Below, piece by piece: positions 38,848 to 51,619 of a stretch of DNA of 64,000 bases. The stretch's first letter is position 1. The number at the start of each line of letters is the position of its first letter. This DNA comes from Octopus vulgaris (Eukaryota). The notes under the pieces were generated by a model. That model was given only the letters and a program-made list of their open reading frames with translations. It made no database searches and was not told the DNA's origin. Where the stretch lies: contig OX597838.1 of NCBI GenBank assembly GCA_951406725.2, positions 310,001-374,000 on the forward strand, given 5' to 3'. The position numbers were made by a program, and so were the translations under genes.

Positions 38848-39676
38848 TAGCTGACCTCGTGCCGTCAAAAATGACAGCTGGTTGAAGTATTTTATATCTA
38901 AATAAGGTACAAAATAAGTTACATAATAATCACAGACACAAACATTCATATGCAGGTACACACAGGTACTCCCTGAGCTGAAACACTGTTTGCTTGAATG
39001 TTCACCATCTCACTTCCATTGCACACACACACACACATGACTCCCTCTTATATACACATACATATACTCACACAGAGTTGAAATGCTGTTTGACATTTTT
39101 TTTCACCATAAAACTTCCATCATCCCACTACCAAGTTTGCCATCACCCTTTCCTTCCTTATTCATGTGTTGTGACAGAGAAATACACTAGAGTATTATTA
39201 TAGTAGAAGATATGAATGGTAAATCAAATTAATACACTTGCCAATGGTCACATACATTCACATACTTCCCTTGTACACACACACACACACACACATACTC
39301 AAAGTTGAAATGCTTTTTCATTTTTCATTCAGCATTGAACATTCACCATCCCATTTCCATTGCACACACACACACAAACATTTACATACCTCCCTTTTAC
39401 ATACACACACACAGATGAAATGTTGATTTTTTTTTCACCCCTTCCTTTTTCATTCAAATGTTGTGACAGAGAAAAACAGAAGATACACACTGTGCTCTTT
39501 GCTACTTCCTTTCTCTCACTCCGTCTCAGTCAAGGCTATTACTCTCACTACTTCTCCTTCACTGAATTACTAGTTTCTCTCCCCTCCCTTCACTTATACT
39601 ACTCGGCTCTGTGTGATTTTTGACAAATATATATACAAATACATAAAAACACTATGCTCATTATTATATTAGGAGA
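38847..39676 (-). mobile_element. Non-autonomous Helitron inserted in (TTA)n
   Basis: Minus strand A|TCTCCTAATATAATAA...CTGTCATTTTTGACGGCACGAGGTCAG-CTAG|T (5' TC, 3' hairpin, CTAG). Confidence 0.75.
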
Positions 39677-40633
39677 TTATGATTGTTATTATTATTATAA
39701 AGGCAGTGAGGTGGCAGAATTGTTAGCATGCTAGGCATTTCGCTTGTCACTACATTCTGAGTTCAAATTCCACCGAGGTTGACTTTACCTTTCATCCTTT
39801 CAATTAAATAAGTACCAGTGATGCACTGGGGTTGATGTAATCGACTTAATCGCCATCCCCCAAGCTTTCCTTGTGGCAAAACATCTGAAATCATTATTAC
39901 TATTATGATTATTATTATTATCATAAAGGTAGCAAGTACAGGAACCAGTCAGGCGGCACTAGCATCAACCACACTCGAATTATTCCACTACCCATAATGC
40001 TACTAGTTTGATGTGCTTCAGCCAGAGTATGTGTGTGTCTATCAGATTGAACCTGTGCCCACTCACAACTCAGCCAAAGCCTATATTCACTTTCCCATTG
40101 AAGTATATAAACTACATTAAATCTGGCACCCAAGGACATGGATGTCCATCCCAAAAATTTCTACACATTTTCTGTCTCCTAAATTCTCTTCACGAGATTT
40201 CAGTCAATTTGAGGCTATGAAAGAAAATATGTAACCAAAGTAGTGCCCAGTGGAATTGAACCTGGATCTACATTTATGGAAAATGACCATAACTATATGG
40301 CCATACCTACTATGGCCTGTGACTTCAACATATAAAGAAGATCCTATTCCAAATCTAGTTTTTATTATTTTTAGATAAGACTGACTGAAGTTGGCTCAAG
40401 CCTAACCCCACAGTAACATCAATCTTGGTTTGTTGACCCAAAGAGGAATAAAAGAAAAACCAATTCTGCCAAGATGTCAACTCAAAAGAGTCAGGCATCA
40501 AACGAAATTGTCAATCCTTAGTTTAAGCCACCATCACCAACACTAAAACTTTCCAGGCAGAGCCAAAGGTGAAAAGACACCTCTACCTTTGTGAAGATGT
40601 CAAAAGTATATTGGAAAATGAAGACATATTTAC

Positions 40634-40689
40634 CAAGTTCCTTCAAAAGGCTGATGGTGGGTCGACCAGCTGACCGAGAATGCACATTT
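40634..40689 (-). CDS. TATDN3: TATDN3 exon 7b
   Basis: cccag|AAATGTG...CTTG|gtaaat. Encodes NVHSRSAGRPTISLLKEL. Confidence 0.93.
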
Positions 40690-41607
40690 CTGGGGAATCA
40701 AAATATTAATTTAATGAAATATTTTTCAATAGTTTGCAATAAAATGGGTGATAAATCATATGAATTCATTGAACCTTGCCAAATTTTTTTTTTTTCATTT
40801 AAAGGGAAAAATTTGACAAGTCGGTCAGTCACCGGCTGACACTTGCTGACGATACATCGAAGAGGCCAGGGAACAGAAGAAAGAAGACATGCACCCAACA
40901 CCTGAGCTGAAGACACCTCCGAAAGGATGGGCCCCGCCACGTCAAAACAGTAGAGGAGTAGGGGCTGAAACCAGACGTGGTTCCTCCTGATGATGTCTTG
41001 AGTTAACTGGATCCTATAAAGGAGCTGTTGTGGTAGCAGACCACGAAACACGGTTGTAACTCCTTCCTTGGTCATTTGATGACGTTCTCTACATCACACA
41101 CACACACACACATTAGTCATTTGTTCATGTTATCTGTATTACATACATATAATTTTTCAAAATGTTTAATTAATATGTTTTAATATGCATGGGTGCATGT
41201 CCAATATCATCATCATTTAGTGTCTATTTTACAGGCCTGCATGGGTTGACGGCTTGACCGAAAACTGGTAAGTTGGAGAGTTGCACCAGGTTCCAATCTG
41301 ATTTGGCATGGTTTCTATAGCTGGATGCCCTTCCTAACATTAACCACTCCAAGAGTGCAGCGGATGCGTTTTATGTACCACTGACATGGGTGCCAGTTAC
41401 AAAAGACCAGCACTGGCCATGACTTTGGCCTCACTTGGTTTGACAGGTCTTCTCAAGCACAGTGTATAGCCAAAGGCCTTGGTCACTGCATCTGTGAAGC
41501 TAAAAATTCGAAGGGTGCTTTTTACATGCCTGGTACACAGCACTAGCATCAGCTACGACTATAATCTCACTTGGCTTGATGGGTCTTCTGAAGCACAGCA
41601 TATCGCT

Positions 41608-42075
41608 GTTGTCCCTGTGGAGGCCAAACCTGGTTGAAGGGAATTTCTTTTTTAGTATATCTAGGATGAAGAGATCAACTAGGTTACATATGTCCATACT
41701 ATCAAAAGCACCCATTACAACGTTGAAGGAGCCCTCATGGTCAGTACATTTGGCTCAAGCAGACTTTCTACTGTAGAGTAGGGTTCTTGTGGTGTGCATA
41801 ATAATGCAAATATCTCTGTTACTGACTTCAGTATGGGCCCTAGTGAAGCCCAGTGTCTTTAACAGGAGCTCCCTTGATATAGATGAGTAGGAGTTCACCA
41901 TATCAATTTGGGTAGACCTAGCACTACCCCCTACTACTGTTGGCCTTAAAACTATGTAATGACTTTGTTGGTGGTGCACCACTGGGTGAAGTCAGAGATG
42001 TTTCTAACACTGTTACTGATCTTCCTGATGAGCCATTTGCTCACCTGTTCGATCTCAGACTTCACAGGGTTTATC
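41608..42075 (-). mobile_element. Degenerate Penelope-like (PLE) reverse transcriptase fragment
   Basis: IDMVNSYSSISRELLLKTLGF...FNVVMGAFDSMDICNLVDLFILDILKKKFPSTRFGLHRD resembles the PLE RT motifs (D-x-x-x-F/Y-x-SI, MGSFDGAE-C-LVGL-IL, GLYRDD). Confidence 0.6.
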
Positions 42076-42355
42076 AGCCTGCATTATATATGCATGCATG
42101 TGTGTATATATATAATCATCATCATCATCATCATCATCATCATTTAAGGTTAGTTTTTCCATGCTGGCATGGGTTAGCCAGTTTGACAAGGAACTGGCCA
42201 ACTAAAGAGCTACCCAGGTTCCATGTCTGTTTCAGTGTGGTTTCCACAGCTGGATGCCCTTCCTAATGTCAACCACTTTACACAGTGTACTGGATGCTTT
42301 TAGGCAGTACCAGCATGGGTGTGTTTACATATATATATAAACACACACACACACA

Positions 42356-43402
42356 TCATCATTGTTGTTTAACGTCTGCTTTCCATGCTAGCATGGGTTG
42401 GACGATTTGACTTAGGTCTGGCAAACCAGATGGCTGCACCAGGCTCCAATCTGATCTAGCAATGTTTCTACAACTGGATGCCCTTCCTAACGCCAACCAC
42501 TCCAAGAGTGTAGTGGGTACTTTTACGTGCCACCGGCACGAGGGCCAGTCACGCAGTACTGGCAACGGCCACGCTCAAATGGTGCTTTTTATGTGCCACC
42601 TGCACAGGAGCCAATCCAGCGGCACTGGCAACGACCTCGCTTGAATGTTTTTTCACATGCCACCAGCACATGTGCCAGTAAGGCGACGCAGGTAACGATC
42701 ATGCTCGAATGGTGCTTTTTACATGTCACCGGCACTCGGATATACTCTTAGTACTCCACTAGCACGAATGCCAATCATCGAATTTGATTTCGATTTCACT
42801 TGCCTTAACAGGCCTTCACAAGCAGAGTTTAGTGTCCAATGAAGGGAAGGTACGCATAAGTGGGCTGGTTACACCCCTGGCATAGGCCATGGGTTATGGT
42901 CTCACTTGGCTTGCCAGGTCTTCTCAAACACAGCATATTTCCAAAAGTCTCGGTCGCTAGTCATTTCCTTAGTGAGGCCTAATGTTCGAAGGTCGTGCTT
43001 CACCACTTCATCCCAGGTCTTCCTGAGTCTACCTCTTCCACAGGTTCCCTCAACTGCTAGGGTGTGGCACTTTTTCACACAGCTATCCACATCCATTCTC
43101 GCCACATGGCCATACCAGCGCAGTCATCTCTCTTGCACACAACATCTGATGCTTCTTAGGTCCAACTTTTCTCTCAAGGTACTTACACTTTGTTGAGTAT
43201 GCACACTGACATTACACATTCATCAGGGCATACTGGCTTCATTCCTTGCAAGCTTATGCATGTCCTCAGCAGTCATGGCCCATGTTTCACTGCCATGCAG
43301 CATGGCTGTTCGTACACATGCGTCATACAGTCTACCTTTTACTCTGAACAAGAGGCCCTTTGTCACCAGCAGAGGTAAGAGCTTTCTGAACTTTGCCCAG
43401 GC
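42356..43402 (-). mobile_element. 5'-truncated RTE LINE with 3' UTR and (GAT)n tail
   Basis: AWAKFRKLLPLL...VKGRLYDACVRTAMLHGSETW...GRGRLRKTWDEVVKHDL, then the family 3' UTR. Confidence 0.85.
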
Positions 43403-43561
43403 TAATACATATATATATATATTGGAGTCAGCCAGGTGCAGTCTTCTTCTAACTATACAAACAAAGCAAGCAACTTTCACAACACGGTGTCATTCGGTGC
43501 AATGTATAGAATGTTATTGTATTTTGTTTTACAAAGAAATCATTAATTTCATCTTACTTAC

Positions 43562-43593
43562 AATGGCAAATTGTATTTCTTAGCAATTTCAAC
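43562..43593 (-). CDS. TATDN3: TATDN3 exon 7a (32 nt)
   Basis: ttctag|GTTGAA...CCATT|gtaagt. Encodes VEIAKKYNLP(L). Confidence 0.9.
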
Positions 43594-43789
43594 CTAGAAA
43601 GAGAAAGATAACAAATAAGAATAATACACTGAAATACGTATATGGGATATTAATTATAGAAAATATATATTTGTATGTGTAACCCCTGCCAGCATGGAAA
43701 ACAGATGTTAAACGATGATGATGATGCCTGTACACATGTATAGCAAGAGTCTGAGAAGAGGAAGAATAGCATTAGGAGAGCATATTTAC

Positions 43790-43867
43790 CTGTGAAGCAA
43801 GAATTTGTCTCTGTGTCTCTCTATCTTCCTTTGATTTACAGAAACGAGGAGTAAAATCCAAGCCAAC
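43790..43867 (-). CDS. TATDN3: TATDN3 exon 6
   Basis: Encodes VGLDFTPRFCKSKEDRETQRQILASQ, with AG/GT borders. Confidence 0.95.
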
Positions 43868-44311
43868 CTGCAAATTAAAATAAATGAAGAGACAAACTAG
43901 TACTGACTGTCTGTAATAGAGAACGGCTATCACTGTAAACGACTGTGAATATTTGTACCAGTTAACATCAACAGTGAACATCTGTAGTAGTGAAATTTTG
44001 TAGTATTTCATATTTGTAATAGTGACCATCTGCAGTGACCAGTCATCATCTGCAGCAGGTGCAGTGATCATGTACAGTCGTCATCTGTAGCAGGTAAGAT
44101 GTCTCTCATAGCTAAACGCTGTGTATCAGCTGCAGGTTGTAAGTTTTGTAATGTACTCTGCTCACACAATTCTGTCTGAAGACCTTCATATTGGCTTTGC
44201 AGTATCTCCATGCTATGTAACTAACATATAGTTAGTTACACTACCATCAGCCACACTTCCACTGCTGCTGCTGCTGCTGCTACTTGTGCCATTGCTACCC
44301 AAGTGTCCCTA

Positions 44312-44840
44312 ACTGTTGTATTGCAGGTTCGACCAGCATACTTTCGCAGTCGATCTGGTTCAGCGACACTCACTGGCTGTATCCATCCACTGTTTATTTG
44401 TAGTGGACTAGCCCACTTCTCGTCTGGGGGCGTCCACACAATACCTCCCCCTTTGAGATTTTTCTTTTTTTTTTTCCAAAATGCCCGTAGGTTGTATCAG
44501 TCTATCATTATGACTGGTAGCGCTACTACATAGAGCAACCTGACTTATAAATCCTTCCACCAAACTTAAGTTAGTATTATTTTTTCGTTCCACACAGAAT
44601 CATTTCCCCCTGAGTGTAGTTCTGTGTTCTTTCAAATCCTACTTTGAAAACATTTTTTACTGCATCAGCAATGAATCCTCGTCGCCACTGTTGTATTGCA
44701 GGTTCGACCAGGTTCGACTGGCTTACCTTCGCTGTCGACCTGGTTTGGCCGGCCGATCGACACTTACTGGCTGTATCCGTCCACTATTTATTCGTAGTGG
44801 ACTAGCCCACTTCTCATCTGGGGGCGTCCGCACAACACTA
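44312..44840. repeat. Local ~130-150-bp direct duplication (44312-44442 and 44687-44836)
   Basis: Both copies read ACTGTTGTATTGCAGGTTCGACC...CTGGCTGTATCC.TCCACT.TTTATT.GTAGTGGACTAGCCCACTTCTC.TCTGGGGGCGTCC.CACAA. Confidence 0.8.
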
Positions 44841-44970
44841 ACATACATCACCTTCGCTTTAGGTAATACAAGTATGGTATGGCAGTCACCAATATAAATA
44901 TAAATACAAATGTTTCTGATGGGGTTGTTATACCTATGCACAATATATAAACCTAGGTTCAAATCCTCAC

Positions 44971-45033
44971 CTCTCCAATGGCAGCAATCTTGTCGTGATA
45001 TTTTTCAATAAGTGGAATGGCATCTTTCAAGTC
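44971..45033 (-). CDS. TATDN3: TATDN3 exon 5
   Basis: Encodes DLKDAIPLIEKYHDKIAAIGE, with AG/GT borders. Confidence 0.93.
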
Positions 45034-47617
45034 CTGTAATAGATACAACAGTAGAATTGTAGGTGATGAGGATGATGATGATGAAAATAAAGCTACCACT
45101 ATACAACTGCTGCTGCCACCACCACTGTGACTATGACGATGACTGCAACTAACAGCAACACTCTTTTCTTTCTTAGCCACAAGGGCCTAAAGGGATACAA
45201 AATACAATAAGAAACCCTAACCCTCCTACCATAGGTATAAGGCTTGAAATTTGGTCAGGAATGGCAGGGGCTAGTAGATTTCATTGACCCTAGAACGTAA
45301 CTGGTACTTATTTTATTAACCCCCAAAGGATGAAAGGCAAAGTCCATCTTGGTGGAGTTTGAACTCAGAGAATAAAGACAGACAAAATGCCACTAAGCAT
45401 TTTGTCCAGCAATTCTGCCAGCTTGCACCTTCAATAATAAAAATAAGATGATGATGATGATGATGGTAGTGATGATTTCAAATTTTAGCACAAGGCCAGC
45501 AATTTCGAAGGAGGGAAGTAAGTTGATTACATCAACCCCAGCACTTAACAAGTATTTATTTTATCAACTCTGAAAGGATAAAATTTGACCTTGGTAGGAA
45601 TTGAACTCAGATCATAAAGAAATGCTACCAAACATTTTGTCCGGCAGGCTAACAATTTTGCCAGCTCACAGCCTTCAATTATAATAATAACGAGGATTTG
45701 TTTTATTGGGCTCAAGGGCAAAAAATGAAGAAGCATAACACGGACATGTTTGGAATTTAAACTGACATGGAAGGAATGAGAGAAATAGAAAACGAATCTA
45801 AAGACAATGTATAACATTGCCTCTAAAGGGGGGCTATTAGCTAGGGTTCAGAGAGCCTGAAGATTTATGATTACCATGGAGTTTGAGGTCATTTCCCTAC
45901 AAGTGCATGATGAGAGGAGACCTATACTCATCACTCTCAGCATCACCTTTACATAATTTCCCTGGAGAGCAGACCCACCCTCTTCACTCTCACCTCCTTT
46001 TCCAGATGGAACTTGTAAAGGTCATGGCCAAAGGCGAAAGTGTCTTAACCCATCACACAATCTCTTTCATTACAGCACCAGGCAGAGAAAAACTGGGTGC
46101 TCTTCTTACGTGAGGGACTCAGCCAGTAGGCTGTTGCATTTGATACACAGCAAAATCCCTGTCCACATGTTTGGACATTGAACAGACAGGCCAGGCCGAC
46201 AGCTTTTCCTTGTCTACAAAGCTTGCTTTGAACTAGCAATACCTCACCATTAACACTGCTAGGCCAGGAATTTCTGGAAATTACACATAGTCTTCTAAAA
46301 CAGAACAGCCAAGCTGGCTGTCAGCAACATGAAGTGTTTCTCTGAGGATTTTCTCCTCTTCCCCACCACTAGGCCTTTGTAGAATCCTAATATGGAAGTT
46401 CAAGAGCCCACATTGCCTGACTGGTAAAGAGCTGTGAGTACCCAAAAACATTCTAAAAGCAAAGTTCTGGTCCCTGCTTGACCCAGGACTGCAAATCTAT
46501 AACAGAATTGAACTGGAACAGCACGTCAAACAATGCATGACCAGACTTGTTCACTTTCCAGGAAACAATGCAGATGTCACAGTTTAGACAGAAGGTCCCT
46601 CAAAACCATCAATTTCTGCAGCAGTAGCTAAAGAATTAATTCACACAGAAGGGACAAAAGAGGATCCTGTTGACAGACTCAGTGATTTGAAATAGTTCTG
46701 TTAGGAGGCCATTTAGTATGAGCTCTGAGCATACTTTGAAGTACTTCAGTCTCTTAATACAGGATCAAAACCAGCTACTTTGGGGACAGCCACCAAATAA
46801 TGATAGTCAACCTTATCCAAAACCCTCAACTGATTCAAATTAATCAGAGCCTCACAAAAACCAGGTTTGTAACCCACTCTCTCAATAATGCATCATGCAA
46901 GGTGCAGGGGTTATGGATAGATCTGCCCAAGACTGTGCATTTGTGCACTTTCTTGATCACACTTACAGATGACAAGTGCCAACCTAATTGTCAAAATTTG
47001 TACTGAGCAGTCATGAGCTGGAAATTATTGATAACGTCTGCTTTCTTTATCTCCTTCCTCAGCAGCACTACCGTTTCCCTGCTCACAGAATTGGGAATTT
47101 CCCCCGTTCTGCTCTTAGTCACAGTAAACATTAATCAAAATGTAAAAATAATAATCTACAATAACGTTATATCTAACAAAGACCATAAATATTCTGAATA
47201 TATTTATGTTCTTAATATTATCATCTCAGAATCATTACCAAGCAAAATGCTTTGAGGCATTTCTTCTGACTTTACATTCTGAGTGGTTAAAATGCCACCA
47301 GGCTTGACTTCCCTTTTCATCTTTTCAAGGTCAATAAAATAAATACCAGCTGAGCTCTGGGGCCGATGTAATCGCTTCACTCACTCCCCTGAAATTGCTG
47401 GCCTTGTGTCAAAATTTTAAGACAATATTATTATCTCAAGAAGGATTACAGACAATTTTTCTCTAAAAATTCTGGACATATATTTATGTGTGTGTGGAAT
47501 ATATGAGTTGGTTTTTCCCATTTTGTAATGTAGCACAAAACAACCAAAGCAGCAGTCACTGGAAATATAATGAAAACCAAATCAAAGAATATAAAAAAGA
47601 CAAGAGAAATATCCTAC

Positions 47618-47656
47618 CTCATTCGTCACACATTTACTGGTTCCATCTTCTTCCTC
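47618..47656 (-). CDS. TATDN3: TATDN3 exon 4b
   Basis: ttcag|GAGGAA...AATGAG|gtagga. Encodes EEEDGTSKCVTNE, phase 0-0. Confidence 0.8.
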
Positions 47657-48787
47657 CTGAAAATAATAAAAGGTTTCTCCATGACATCTTGGTTAGATAT
47701 CATTGTTGGTTATAACACAAGAAATAAATAAGACACTAAACTACATACAGACCTGTGTGTTGATATCCTATTTAAAACATTTCAATTTATCAAGGACATT
47801 TAATTTCCACTGCCTCAGTTTATCTAATTCTGGAGGAATTTGTTGAAGGTTTTCTAGCAGAGTTACCAGGAAAAGTAGCCAGGAAAAAGTTTTTATCCAT
47901 TCAAATCAGCCTCGAAATATTGGAAGAGACACATGTGTGGTAAGAAGTCTACTTCCCAAGCAAATGGTTCCGGGTTCAGTCCCATTGCGTGGCACCTTGG
48001 GCAAGTGTCTTCAAATATAGCTTCTGGCTGACCAAAGTCATGTGACAGGATTTGGTAATGGAAATTGAAAGAAGCCCATTGTATGTGTGTGTGTGTTGAC
48101 AACTGGTGTTTGAGTGTTTACATCCCTGTAACTTAGCGGTTAGGTGAAAAGGACCGGTACAATAAAGTACTAGTCTTATATTAAAAATAAGTACCAGAGT
48201 CAATTTCATACGATTAAAAATTCTTCAAGGCAGTGCTCCAGCATGGCCACAGTCTAATGATTGAAACAAGTAAAAGACAAAAGAAGATAAAAGAAATAAA
48301 ATCTTTGAGAGATTCTGGCAGGTTTTGAAAAGATGTTAGTTTTGGAATTTCATTTTGGTTAACTTTAGGCACAGACGTGGTTGTGTGGTAGAGAATTTGG
48401 TTTTGGGACCATGTGGTTTCAGTTTCAAACCTTAAGTTATCCATAAAATACCTGAGATAACTCTACTATGTAGCCTTAGGTTGGCCGATACTTTATGATG
48501 AAATTTGATAGATGGAAACTGTGTGGAAGCTTGATATAGGGACCATTCCTGTTGTTGAGTAGTGGACTTGATCCATTATCATGGTTTAATCCAACCATGG
48601 CCTTTGAGTTCCTTTAGTAGAGTTCACTCTGCTGTAAGTATAATGTCCTCCCTCGATCCCTTTCACCAGTAACAAAGGCCCTAAAATGTGTCATGGCTGT
48701 TGTCATGATGCATTTTTATAACTAAACCATTAAAATAAAAATAACCAACATTTTAGATGTGAAGTGAAATTATTTAAATATTCCTAC

Positions 48788-48833
48788 CTGAACTGGATGT
48801 ACTCCAAGACAAGGAACAACGAAATCTGGAAAT
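48788..48833 (-). CDS. TATDN3: TATDN3 exon 4a
   Basis: Encodes (R)FPDFVVPCLGVHPVQ, with AG/GT borders. Confidence 0.93.
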
Positions 48834-49497
48834 CTGAAAAGAGACCAAAGTAGTAAAATGTTTTGGTGATTTTTTTCTTTTTTCATTATTTTCCCTAAAC
48901 TAGTTAAAACAAGAGGCTTTTACATATTTGAAGCATGACTCTTTCTATCATTCCCTTTACACCCATCACTGGGGAGGGGGGAATGACCTTAACACTTCTG
49001 CTGTAGCCATCCATGTACTATACTTGATGTATATACATCATTGAAAGACAATTTATGTGGTATTCATTCAGAGATAACATCTTTTATGGGTGTGCTGTGT
49101 TCATAAGATGCAGAGGAAGATGAAAATCATCTCAGTATCAACTAGCAAGAACACCAGATGCATTTCAGTCTAGTTGGGCCTGATTAGTAGAGTTTGAGCT
49201 TACAATCAACCACAAGTGTTGATGAAATTTGTTGCTTCAGATATACATAAAACAGTGGATAAAACATTAATAGCTGTCCAGCTGGTTAAAAACCTGTTGT
49301 AGGCAACAGAAGCAGGATTAAATTAAGATGGCCATCCACGTATCATGTGTAATGTAAATGCAATGTTGAAAGGCAAACTGATGCAATATCCATCCAGAAT
49401 CCAGAGATAACATCAGTGGGACTGAACCCAAGGTTACACAGTTGGGAAGCAAGTTTCTTAACCACACAGCCATGTCTATGCCAATCAAGTAAAAAGA

Positions 49498-49606
49498 GGT
49501 TTACAGCATGGAGGTTCCCCAAGCACCTGTCTAAGAACTAATTAGGCTCAACATTTCTTAACTTCGGTGATCAGATGAGAACTGGTGTTTTCAATGTAAT
49601 ATAGCC
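49498..49606 (-). pseudogene. 5S rRNA pseudogene
   Basis: Minus strand GGCTATATTACATTGAAAACACCAGTTCTCATCTGATCACCGAAGTTAAG...TTAGTTCTTAGA...GGGAA...GCTGTAA then a T-run. Colinear with 5S rRNA but with substitutions and a deletion around box C. Confidence 0.8.
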
Positions 49607-49680
49607 ATATATATGTGTGTGTGTTTATATATATATATATATATATGTATATATGGACAATGGAAGTTAAATGATGATGA

Positions 49681-49731
<51 letters not shown>

Positions 49732-49734
49732 GCT

Positions 49735-50044
49735 ATCATTCGAGATGAGTGTTTCAGTTGATTTGATCACTGGAATAGCTTGCTCATGAAGTTTACTTAC
49801 AAGTGGCTGAGTACTCCACAGTCACATGTACCCTTAATGTAGTTCTCAGTGAGACTCAGCATGACACAGAATGTGACAAGGCTGGCCCCTTTGAATTACA
49901 AGTACAACTAATTTTTTCCAGCTCAGAGGACTGGAGCAGTATGAATTGAAGAGTCTTGCTCAAGAACACAACACACTTCCAGGAATCAAGCTTACAACCT
50001 TACTAACATGAGCTGAATACCCTAATCACTGAGCCATGCACCTT
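49735..50044 (-). mobile_element. tRNA-derived SINE (family C)
   Basis: Minus-strand head GGTGCATGGCTCAGTGATTAGGG...TTGATTCCTGG is tRNA-like, followed by TGTTCTTGAGCAAGAC. Confidence 0.55.
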
Positions 50045-50099
50045 CACACACGTGTGTGTGTTCTTGATGAATTTTCTTCCTTTGGTATGAAAAATTTTT

Positions 50100-50525
50100 G
50101 ATCTTTTCGGTTTGAACTGCAGTTTTTTCTAGCGGTGTCATATGAAATTGTCACCCATAATTATGACCATAGTATCAATCTATTGCATTTCAATCTGTTT
50201 TAGGGTTAGGGTTAGTTAGGGTTAGGGGTGGGGGGAAAGATATCTTTTTTTCTTCACAAATGTAAATAAACCCAATCTGTTTCTTAAATGAGGGACATAT
50301 TCATACGGCACAGAATGTTTTTTACCTCAATACACGTCATTGATTGGTTGAAATCGCAGAAATTGAAGAAACAAAACAACAAATATCTTACAAACTATAG
50401 AATTTTCTCAATAAAGCCAAGAGAAAAAGATGTTTTATAAACACACTCTACCAGTATACAAAGTTTAAAATCTTTTAGTTACCTAGAAATTATGTTAAAA
50501 ACTGCCGTTCAAACCGAAAAGATCC
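50100..50525. mobile_element. MITE with ~28-bp TIRs (possibly Mutator-type)
   Basis: GATCTTTTCGGTTTGAACTGCAGTTTTT / AAAAACTGCCGTTCAAACCGAAAAGATC(C). AAAATTTTT on both flanks is a candidate 9-bp TSD. Internal TTAGGG-like tract. Confidence 0.8.
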
Positions 50526-50942
50526 AAAATTTTTTCTTGCCTTGTTCCAGCATGATGGACTGTGTCCTCTTTGTCCAGATATTTCGGAACAGTATCCACA
50601 GTCTACGAAATTGCTTGTGCTTTTGATATTCACTTTTGGGACTCCCAACTTTATGCTCAATCTTCCCCGTCATTAAGATTCAGTGATGACCATAAGTAAA
50701 TAAGAGTTATTACAAGTGGTTGCTAGACTTACTAAAAATAGCAGCCAAATCTCCTTCAACTTTCTTAAGAAATGAAAGACACGTCGGATAACTTAATTCC
50801 TGATATACAAAATGATAGAATGAGAATGGCTGAAAAACATTTGATCAAAGTTTCCCCCAATCAGCGGGAATTAGGGTTGAACCTAAACAACACTGGAGAA
50901 ACACCCAGTATTTTATATGAATCATGCAAGTTTTTAACTCAC

Positions 50943-51016
50943 CTTTTATTTAAAGATATTATCTTCTCAAAGTCTGAATGTCCAATGGCCACACAAAGAG
51001 CAGATTTCACACCTGC
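50943..51016 (-). CDS. TATDN3: TATDN3 exon 3
   Basis: atgtag|GCAGGT...AAAAG|gtgagt. Encodes AGVKSALCVAIGHSDFEKIISLNK(R). Confidence 0.88.
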
Positions 51017-51426
51017 CTACATATAGAAAAGTCGAGAGAATTATATTACATATGCACACACACACACACAGATAGACCAAAGCAAATACAAACAACAAAA
51101 GTACAGGAAACATTCCTATTAACATTAAAGAAGACACTCAAGGAAGGAAAAAAAGTTATAGAGCAAAAGTTATAATATTTCGGACAAAGTCTTTCATCAG
51201 ATACAAAAGGAAAGTCCAAGAAAGACTGGGAAGAGAAGAGAAGGCAAAAAGAAAAGTGATCCAGAAAATAAAAAACAGATGTGAGTTAGGTTGTCATGCT
51301 CTACCTCTGACTAACAAGAAGAGTGAGAAATAATTGTGGCTTTAATGGCAAGTGATACAGGGGTGTATGTGCATGCGAGGGTACATGCATATGTAGTGTA
51401 TGAAGAGAGAGAAGAAAAAAGAAGTA

Positions 51427-51464
<38 letters not shown>

Positions 51465-51619
51465 TTGATTATATCAAAAGGAATGTTACTCAAGACCATA
51501 ACAGAATGGTCAGTTAATCTGGAGTTTCCACAATGTTGCTGATAATAAAATCAACTGAGTAATTAATGTGTGTGTGCATGTGTGTGTGTATGTGTATGTG
51601 TTTGTATATCATACAAAGA

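Noticed and set aside
45830-47110. Possible LINE ORF1 or zinc-finger relic
   Set aside because: The composition suggests a decayed TE, but I could not recover a convincing motif.
50200-50228. Interstitial telomere (TTAGGG)
   Set aside because: Only a few imperfect units, and they lie inside a MITE.
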